A stretch of 31,094 bases of DNA, taken from assembly GCA_965644295.1 (NCBI GenBank), contig CBFFRP010000516.1, forward strand, positions 1 through 31,094. Reading direction: 5' to 3'. This document shows positions 21,701 through 31,094 of this stretch, in pieces (the first letter of the stretch is position 1; each line of letters opens with the position of its first letter). The notes beneath the pieces are model-generated. The model did no database searches and had not been told where the DNA came from. It was given only the letters and a program-made list of their open reading frames with translations. A program made the translations under genes and the position numbers. The stretch comes from Paraphysomonas bandaiensis. Taxonomy: Eukaryota > Protista > Chrysophyceae.

Positions 21701-24700
21701 GAAGATATTTCGACTGGAAATGTCGTTGGTCTTTGTCGAGCTGATGATGTTTCTTGTCGAGCTGTCTGTGTTTGTGATAATGGTTTTTCTGGTGACGCTT
21801 GTGATACATCAACTGAGGTACTTGAAATCAAGCAGCAGTCGAGGTGGCAATTGATTGACTCTGCATCGACAACTGTGGTGTACAGTGATGCTACCTCGGA
21901 TAACATCGTAAGTGCTGTTGCGACAGTATCTCAGTTGTCTGCTAATCCAGCTGAGCTGACACCCGATGCGTGTGTCATATTGTATGATCTTGTGTACTTC
22001 TTGCTTGATAGTGCCGATGTTCTCGAATTGGCATATGAGGAGGTTAGCGTATACAAAGCGATTGATACGTGCTCTTCAATTGTTACTAACCCCTCATCTC
22101 GACGACGGTTAACTGCCTTCAGCAACTGGACATCGTCCGCCGAATTGATCGACAAGTACTCTGATTTAATTTCTTCACAGATGGTGACTGGTCAGAAAGA
22201 TGTAGCATATGTTCAATCATTATCACGGGTTGTATCTGCCGTGCGATCATTGGATGGTAGTGGGTTTGCGGTCACATTGCCACGAACAGGTGAAGAAGAG
22301 GCCCTTGATATTCAGAAGTCTGTGGTTATAATCAATGGGAGTAAGGCAGAGAGTGTATCTTCTGTCGCTGTGAGTGTTATTGAAAGCGCAGCTAAGCTAT
22401 ATCAAAACAGTTCTAATTTTACCTCCAATCCGATAAATATTCGAATTACGACCCCCCGCAGTGGAAAAGCTTTCGAGAAAGTTATGGTGGTACTGAGAAA
22501 TCACAAACCCTTACATGGCAGCTTATTTAATACCACAAATACGTCATTCACGACGAGCTGCTTAGATTACGACCACAGCGTACACAACTATACCTGTCCG
22601 GGATCAAATTTTATTGTATCCCACGAGTGCACCGGAACTCCGAGAATACTGAAGACCACTTGTCCTTTCTTTCAGACAATACCAGAGTGTCGTGTCATTG
22701 TTGGTGGAGTTATGATTTCTGACAGCAAAACTTGCGAAGTGGTTGGCTTCACCGAGACTAATACAACATGTCGGTGCGTGATCAACTATGCGCAATCGAA
22801 ACGATTGCTGTCGTCAACTAGCGATAACGCCCTACGCTCATCTGGGTCATTGGAAGTTGTTGCTATAATGGAAAATACATATACTGATTTCGTTGAAACC
22901 ATTTTAGAGTCGGATAATATCACAGCTGCTGGTATTAGGTACTTTACATATGTATGCAATGCACTGGTAGTTTAACACACAACTTGTAGGGACGTATTGC
23001 TCGTGATCATAATGTTTTTTTCTATGTGGGCAGTGGGTTTGGTATCTATGCTAGAATTAACTCGTGTTTCGTTCACGCATAAACAAAACAAGATTCGACA
23101 CAAATCGGTAGTTGGAAATCGAACTACGAAGAGTGGCTTAGAGGAGAGCGACACTAGTGTACAGAAAAAATATTTGTTGAATTACATCAGGTATTGTGTG
23201 TTAGGTTGTATTTAAGTACCACTTGATCAATACAACGTAGGGAACTTGTGCCTTCCGTGTTTCAGTCCCATGGCTCTTCATGGCAGTGTCTAGTTTCCGA
23301 AGTGGCAAAACACCACAGGTAGACGTTCGCTCTATATACCACTTTATTTTAATTTCGAACTGGGTAGATATGTTGTTATGATTTTGGCCAATGGACCGGA
23401 TGCTGAAGAAAGACGGTTACAAGCTGGACTGCATGTGTTAACTGTGCAAACAATGCTTATGTTTTTAATTGCAATTTTTTATGATGTGGAGTACCCCACT
23501 GATGATGGCACATGTGGTACATACGTAGACGAGAAATCATGTTTGTCGGAGCGGTCCATGTTCGATACGAGTACGACCACGTGTGAGTGGAATCTCAGCG
23601 ACGATGGCGGTGGCTCATGTATGTGGGTGGAGCCAACGATATCGTATAAGGTGCAGTATGATGCGCACGAAGTATGTTTTCTATTAACGGACTATATAGG
23701 TCATTGTTATAATATCAGTCCTGATAGCTGTTCTCACGGCGCCCATCAACCTGGTTGTTGATTTTCTCTTCGAGGTTTGAAATAAAGTATTGCATCCTAA
23801 TATTTAAATAATGTGTGCGATACGACAGGACATATTGAGTGCCCCTACTGCAGATGAGAATAAAGTAGATTCTATGGTTCAGAGTGTGGGACGCCGAATG
23901 AGCCAGGTAGCACGAAGAGCATCCAATGTCGTTACGACTTCCGTGCATGCGGCTGTTAATAGTATGGGTAAAGCGAAAACGAAAAAAGCTTGGGGATTAA
24001 CTCGACTCAAGAGCTCATTTGTTCTTGATGATACTACTCGCACACTACCTCCCGCTGTAATAAGTAGCCATGCGTTAGCCAGGGGTGCACTAGGAAGCTC
24101 TTTAAAGCGTCTTTCGAGTGTGGGTATCCTTGAAGATACTGAAAAGGGAGAATCTAAAGTACTGAGTCAGTCCAGCACAATTAGTCTCGATGCTATTGTC
24201 TGTAGTAGCAAGGCGCGTAGAAGAAAAGCCAAACTGGCGAGACGCTACGGCACGGTGCCATCGCATGAGATTCGATCGACGTCCTCAGTTGGGCCTGATG
24301 TAGTTGCAACCGAGAAGTTGGATTCAGTCACATTTGACCAATTCTTAGAAGATTTCCATGATCAACGTGCCAAGCTAACTGGAAAATATCTTCGAGATTT
24401 TGATGATCGCTGGGGGTAGGACTACTTAATTTATATCTGTATATAAGTAACTGTTGTTTAAAGTTGGGACGCTAAAGCCGGTCGTTTTAGGGCTGATCGG
24501 GCGTGGGCATTGCCATGTACACCATCGATTGAAGGTTTGATTGGCTTGGAGATTCAGAATGTGTCTTCTATATGTAGCGAAAAAATCAATAAACTACGCA
24601 TCGCTACAGATGTGCATACAGGTGCAATGTAGTTGACAGTGTGACGAATATGTTGTTGTTATGTTGTACGTGTTTAGGATTGGAACTGCTTCACCTGTTT

Positions 24701-26479
24701 GTTATTGATCTCCTCGGACGAAATAGTCCAGCTGGAAGAATATTTCAAACAAAAACTGAAGAGGAGTAAGTAGATTTTAGTATACCATAACGTTGTTATG
24801 TAAGTTTTCCGATTTGCAGTTTCAAGCACTCATTTGTAGTCACCAAGACAGCAAAGATTCTGGCATGGATTTGTGTTATCTTTTTGAACTTATTTTTTGC
24901 CTATTTTTCCATCCTTCGTGGTATGTCAAGAACCTACGGTTGGCAGAAAGGGTATTGCATAGCATGCGCTATACAATTTATCATTGAAGTTTTGTTCTAT
25001 GAGACCTCTGAATGTATATGGATCAATTATGGTATCCCGCAAGTAAGTGATTGTATAATATCTGTAGCGTGTTAATGTCTCTGCTAGCTTGTCAGTGCTG
25101 ATGTGGAGCGTACGATTACGGCCCTGACGGGCACCATTGATTATGCATTTTCGCCAGTGAAGAGGAAATTACCCCTTCTAGACACACCTTCATATTTCTT
25201 CGTGAGCACTAGAGTGGCTGAAAACTTCAATGATCTATTTGAGAGCTCTATCGTGCTGGCGTTTCACTCTTACTATCCACCCTCACGTATGGGCCGCGAC
25301 TGGCGAGAAAATACCAGTGATAATGTGTTGGGGTTGAAGCGCTCTAAGAATCGTACACGAGGGGGCGTAATGGGATTCTTGGGGCGTGTAAGTGTTGTTG
25401 CAATGTTAGTTACTCTGCTCAAGTATATTGGGACGATAAATATCCGCCTTCAGCGGGTTATTCTTCATAGCATACAGCCAATTATAATTGCTTTTGTATT
25501 CGTACTGCTATCCAACCTTCAGTCCAACCCATGGTATGGCTACGTTTTGCTTGGTATCATCTTATTCGAAGTTTTAAGGAGAATGATATCGAATCGTACA
25601 GTTACCAAGTCAATACCTGATGGTGTGTCACCATTAGTTGGTGTGCCATTGGAAATTGAATCATCTGAAAATGGATCATACCAAATGAAAAGCGGTGAGG
25701 AAATGCCGCGGAGAGTTATATCTAATTCCAGTGATGAAAATTTGTCTCAACAGAGGTCGCGGTTGGTGTCGACTGACTCTTCGGCTGACATTGTGAGACA
25801 ACGCAGTTGGTCATTTGGATTGGACAGTGCAATATCTAGACACCGTGCCGGGAGCTATGTATCGGACAGTGGTGATATCAGTGTGAGTGATGAGGAATAC
25901 AATAGTAAGCGCCGCACGGGCTTGTCAACAGCACGCGAAGAGCTCTCAGCGAGGATTAGGGCCGGCAGTTTTGCTTCCTCAACTGGGGATGAATATGACG
26001 ATGTCGGTGTAAGAGTTCCCGATGAAAACGAGGGAACCCGAATGAGGCTGACCAGCATCACTGAGCTGGATGAGCTGTATTACCCACACTCTGACAGCGA
26101 GTATGCGGCGAAAGCCAGGGGCGATACGTTGGACTCAGAAGATATAAGTGAAGAGCGTGACAAATTTTCATTTGATTTTTCTTCGTCGAGTAGTGGTGTG
26201 TCATTCCTTGGCGAAGTTTACTCCATCACATCATCTTCCGAGTCGTCGAAAGAAGTTGTTCATGATGTGATGCCTCATTCACTAGACTGTGATAGTGGTG
26301 ATAATCACAACGACAGTTCTCATGATGGAAGTATTCGATCTCGTGATCAGTACTCGATTTCCAGTTCGTCGACTAACGATGATCGATACATGAGTTCATC
26401 TGATAGCTCAGTCAATTATCTGTCGATGTGTGAGAGTTCATCGAGTGAAACTAACAAGGTGGATGCATTGCCCTCTTGA
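15754..26479 (+). CDS. Polycystin-1/REJ-like multi-pass receptor: SP, NHL propeller, LRR, P(T/S)xx stalk, REJ, EGF-like, GPS-like, ~7-8 TM, Ser/Asp-rich tail; ~3406 aa
   Basis: Hand-built model with 11 exons: 15754-15814, 15864-22938, 22990-23190, 23241-23318, 23368-23650, 23700-23774, 23829-24415, 24464-24621, 24678-24765, 24820-25042, 25088-26479. All 10 introns are GT-AG, 45-56 bp and phase-compatible (total 10221 nt). Motifs: NHL (VTTVAG..G..DG.GT.AQF..P.G), plant-type LRR (LxxLxLxxNxLsGxIP), REJ-like (LVLDGSGSYD; PPSPGSFVVDPTSG..F...WTD.ELPLTYSF), EGF-like (CPRNCTGRGIC..CVCDNGFSGDAC), GPS-like (TCEV..TTCRC). Confidence 0.88.
17780..19395 (+). repeat. Coding 12-bp-unit minisatellite (PT/PS tetrapeptides) with a 348-bp higher-order duplication
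   Basis: Encodes PTGQ/PSGQ-type units. 18151-18498 is nearly identical to 18499-18846. Confidence 0.92.
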
Positions 26480-27212
26480 GAGGCAGTTTCATTCCACAGG
26501 AAAGAATTCCTGTAACTATATCTGCACAATCGACTTGTGAGAGATAATTGAGAGTGTTTTAGTTACATTTTTAGTTTTTTAGTTTTTTAGTTAGTTAGTA
26601 CTATTAATTTTAGTGGATAGTACATTTCTTGATCATCTAGTAGAAGTATATGATCGTATTACTGAGAAGCTCTTTGCTGTATAGCCATTCTAAGTTAACT
26701 TACATATAAAATCGTATCTATGACTTCAGGAATAAAGTAATTCGTTCAGCTTGGACAGCTAGGAAAAAGTATTTTATCGCATCCGTTATAATTCAGTACT
26801 GGCACTGTTATGTACCCCTTTACTGGTTCTGATCTATTTGAACACTCAAAGCTCTGTTTCATGTCAACTTTTTGTTTGGCATTCTATTCTTTAAAGCATG
26901 TTGTATGGTGTCGTTTTCTCTCATTCTCTTCAGTTGGGAGAACTGTTGGCCTTCTTATATTGGCTTCCAATAATTTTGAAGTATATGTTATATGACTGGT
27001 TTCCGAGCAGTTTTTGTAGGAACGTATTGTGATTCGTCCTAGTAGAGGAAGGAAGCAGTGTTGTGATGTGTGCTTGTAACTAATAACCATGACCTAGATG
27101 TGGTCTTCAGCTGTCATCTCAGAAGGCGTAGTTCATACCTCGGGCACGTCAATAAAATACACTATACTTTGATCGCCTGTGGCGTAGAGTACGAAGTAAC
27201 ATATCTAGAATG

Positions 27213-27319
27213 AAGTGTTACTAAGTGTGAATAGAAGTAAGTTTTACTAGTGTTTACAAAGTGTGAATAGAAGTAAGTGATACTAGTGTTTACTAAGTGT
27301 GAATAGAAGTAAGTGTTAC
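27213..27319. repeat. Tandem repeat, 36-bp unit, ~3 copies
   Basis: aagtgtgaatagaagtaagt occurs at 27223, 27259 and 27295. Confidence 0.9.
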
Positions 27320-29537
27320 GAAGTTACACACAAAGTAACATCATATCTTATCAAAAACTCACTTAATATTCAATTGATTAAAATTGTGGTGAACATTTCT
27401 CACCATGACTGTCATTCATCTAATCTATATCGCCTCTACTACAAGTCTGTAATCATTATCAGCAAATCTTAGATAGTCACGATCTTATGCAATCAATGTA
27501 CAATATTCAGTTTCACAAATATAGTTCTGATCATTTCATTAGTTAATGTAATACTGTTTTAAACTACTGTGTTAGAATTGGATTTTCACTGAATTTAACT
27601 TTGCTCTACACGTAAACCTTAATCTTATCTGTTATATAGTCACACATCAGTAACTGAATTTCCGGACACGAGCTGATGTCTGAGTATGCACATTTAGTGC
27701 AGATGCGTGAGCCAACCGTATTTAATCCTCAAAATGAGCAGTACGTTAGTCGAGAAGATTACCACCACATCGCAAGATATTTTCTGCAATAAACGTTACA
27801 AAATATGTTTTCTTAGAAGTCAGCTATATCCACACAGCAGCTTATCAGCTAGCTTCCGTATATATAAGTTGTTTGTAGCACACGTACAAGTGCAACGAGA
27901 TAATACTTTTATTGCAATATCTCTTATTATAATAAAAGAATGATGACATTATTGGTTGCTCTGGGAGTAGTAAGTGTACCCGCAGGACATAATCGTGACT
28001 TCCCATCATCATAGGCATATGTATCACCTGTTGATACTGCGTCTGTAAAATCAGCTCCTACTACATCTGCATAAACCTCAGAAACATCTAATTGCTAGTA
28101 TGAGATTGCAATCTTTGAACATAGATGCCTACATTTTCTTTGGCAAGAATATGTTGATAAATGTCTTGAGCACGACGAGTGAATCATACGTCCCATCGTT
28201 TCCAGTGGTTTCCCACCCATTGTCACACAACTTATGAATGAAATATAGTTTTCATGTACGGCTATGTTACCTCTCCTCGACAGCTGTCCCATCTAGGCTG
28301 GAAGAAGGAAGGATGTCAAGTACAAGATAAAGTAGTAATTAATGAAGAATTTATTTCTTTTAAGTGTGATATTTTACTATACATACTCCAATCACTCTAT
28401 TTGTTGGTGCGTGTGTTTGTCGGTGCCATGTTTTCCTCTGAATTTCATGAATGGAATCAGAGATTTCCACAGATCATAATCATACGTACACTCTTGTCAT
28501 AACAATACGCTCAATACATAAGAGTATATGCATGTAACGGTCAGTTCTATCAGTATTGAGAGTTCAGTTCATGTGAATGGGATGATACTCTGATAGAGAC
28601 ATCTCTAAGTATGTATAGAGGATAGAATGTGCTCTATTTGATAACATATTCAAGAAGATCTCCTGCAGGTTACTATAATGCTGCATGTTGTATGGGGATA
28701 CTCTATAAGATCATCACTCCTCTAGACATGCTGTGCATGTGTACATACATGGACATATATGGACATCTGCTGTATATAGATTTTTGTAGACGAATTTAGG
28801 CGTATTTTAAGCTTATTACAGGCTTTTTAGCATAAAAAACCGCTTTTATATAAAGAGTTCAATAAAAGTTGGCGGTCTTTATTCAGACCAGGCCTGAAAA
28901 CCTCAAAAAAACGACAAAACAGTAACATATAGAAACACACGTTACAATATTAACCTCTTAAAGTGTTGATACAAAGTATTCACTATAGATGATTGAGACA
29001 TGAATATCTTCCCAACAAGTAGTCGACATGACCGGAGAGAGGAGTTATTTCATCGCATAATGAAATTACACACATATAATGCGGTCAACTATCGTATGGA
29101 TGACATATTTTTTGTTTAGGCCCTGTTGGATTCATACAATGGATTTTGGTGCTGGATTTTCATTCACTGGATTTTTGAGAAATTCCACTGGCTGAAAAAC
29201 CAAAAAATATACACCACATCTTCAAACATGACATAAATTTGTTAGGAATATTCCCACATATACATATGGTGTGATCCACCCGCCCCACACACTACTTTTT
29301 TTTATAGGATAGTCAAGCTGTTCCACAGACAATCATGCAGAAAGTTGACACGAAGTTTTATGAAGTGAAGTGAGACGACAGCTTCCACACACTCCGAAGT
29401 GACTATACGGAGATATGTATACATAACAAGAGTGAGTGTGATGGTTAAACACAACTAACAAACACACATATACACACTCTCATCAGATCAGACACTCTTC
29501 AGCCTCTTCAGTCCCAGTGCTCTGCTCATCCACTGAT

Positions 29538-31094
29538 ATGCTGTCTGAGTTGTGTCTGTTCCTCTGCGTGGCTGTTATGGGATATCAACCATCTCAAGGT
29601 AATGGTTCGTGTTATCATACTAACATAATGATCATATGATTGATTAGGCCATAATATATCTGAGTTACATCGTCACTTATCTCATCAACAACTCTATTCG
29701 CTCACTTTTATAGCTGGAAACGGTGAAGAGGGACACTATGATGCGATTGGGACAAACTCAAAGTTTATCCGACCCGCTGGCGTGAAGTTGTACTCCTCGG
29801 ATCAATATGCATTGATTGGTGATTATACCCGTGTACGTAAGATCGATTTGGCTACAATGGCAGCATCCACTGTGGCTGGAAATGGATTCGGTGGTAACAC
29901 TGATGGTGTTGGAACCCTTGCACAGTTTGTGGCACCATATGGATTAGCGATATCTTCGGACAATAGTTTCGCAGTGGTGGCAGACTTTGACAGTCATTAC
30001 ATACGACTGTTGCTGTTATCATCTCGGCAAGTTGTTACTCTTCATCCTGACGGTTCTGGGGGTGGATCGCAGGACGGTGGATCAGCATCTAGTTTCAATA
30101 GCCCACGTGATATTGTACTATCTGCAGATGACTCGTATGCCCTCATTGTCGACAGATATAATAATCGAATTAAGAAATTAGTTCTGACAGACAAGATCAT
30201 CACTACTGTTGCGGGCGGCTCGAGTGGAAATGCCGATGGTATTGGTACAAATGCTCAATTTAATAATCCTATTGGTATGTTCATGTCCTCTGACAAATCT
30301 TTTGTGTTGATAACAGAATTTGCGGGTAATCGTGTACGTAAGATGGTATTATCGACATCTATGGTTACTACCATTGCAGGATCTAGTTCGGTGGGTACGG
30401 TGGATGGTGTGGGAACTTCAGCTACTTTTTCGGCCCCATCATCGGTGGTCCTTTCCCAATCGGACACTGTGGCATATGTGACTGACCTAGGTGGACATGC
30501 CATTCGACACATTGATATGGCCACCCTGCAGGTGACAAGGGTCGTTGGAACCACGGCCGATGCATGTATAGATGGTGTAGGTACAAGTGCTTCAATTTCA
30601 ACCCCTTCTTCCCTTGACATTTCTGATGACGAGTCATTCATGTTAGTTTCTAGTATGTATAGCCATCGTATTGCCAAGGTCAGTGGCCTACCTACTCTCC
30701 CTGTTAGTTTGCCGACAATTTCTCCCACAATTTCACCATATAGTGCTGCCGAGGTGACCTTTCTGTGTGACATGGTCACTTTTACCAGTGTGGGTATTGT
30801 GCACCCGAGCTGGAGTTGCACCAATACCGATGACAGAACGGCATGGGATGGACTCGGCTTTAGCGATGGGTCAATAATCAGTATAGATTTGAGTTCACGT
30901 GGTTTGAGTGGCACGCTGCCATCATCCATAGGGTCATTGACGAAACTAACAGCCTTGAATTTCAAATCGAACATTCTCGCTGGTGGTGTTCCCGATACCA
31001 TAACTTCATTGTCAAATCTCAGTCTACTTAATTTCGGTAATAATTCTTTGCAAGGAACTATTCCGATGGGGATGGTGGATATGACTAATTTAAT
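29538..31094 (+). CDS. Tandem paralog of the NHL-LRR receptor, 5' part (runs off the window)
   Basis: ATG at 29538 (MLSELCLFLCVAVMGYQPSQ), intron 29599-29647 identical to 15815-15863, then the NHL region. LRRs (IDLSSRGLSGTLPSSIGSLTKL..) continue to the window end with no stop seen. Confidence 0.9.

Noticed and set aside
15995-26479. ORF-track entries at 15995, 22997, 23378, 23811, 24884 and 25103 as separate genes
   Set aside because: They join through short phase-compatible GT-AG introns into one gene starting at 15754.
27940-28030. Minus-strand peptide GDTYAYDDGKSRLCPAGT resembling a GCC2/GCC3 Cys repeat
   Set aside because: It is a single short motif with no extendable exon structure.

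Overview
This is a eukaryotic window. Introns of 45-59 bp, P-T/P-S tetrapeptide stalks and RRL-type motifs suggest a stramenopile, possibly a chrysophyte-like alga; that assignment is inference. From left to right it holds: (1) rDNA spacer-like subrepeats and a 5'-truncated 28S rRNA 3' fragment on the minus strand; (2) a TE-dense zone; (3) an 11-exon gene for a ~3,400-aa polycystin-1/REJ-like receptor (signal peptide, NHL propeller, LRR, mucin-like stalk, REJ, EGF-like, GPS-like, multi-TM); (4) the 5' end of a tandem paralog running off the window. The TE zone contains a copia solo LTR, a near-complete Ty1/copia element, a spliced but probably 3'-truncated PIF/Harbinger transposase, a non-autonomous copia derivative with an ATTTT TSD, and a dispersed repeat module with conserved stems. 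The near-complete copia has an RT lacking YVDD in frame and is flanked by a 572-bp duplication instead of a 5-bp TSD. The paralog has an identical 5' leader and intron 1 but many amino-acid changes in the propeller loops, a strongly diverged LRR region, and an inverted upstream segment. All alignments were done by eye and no database searches were run.
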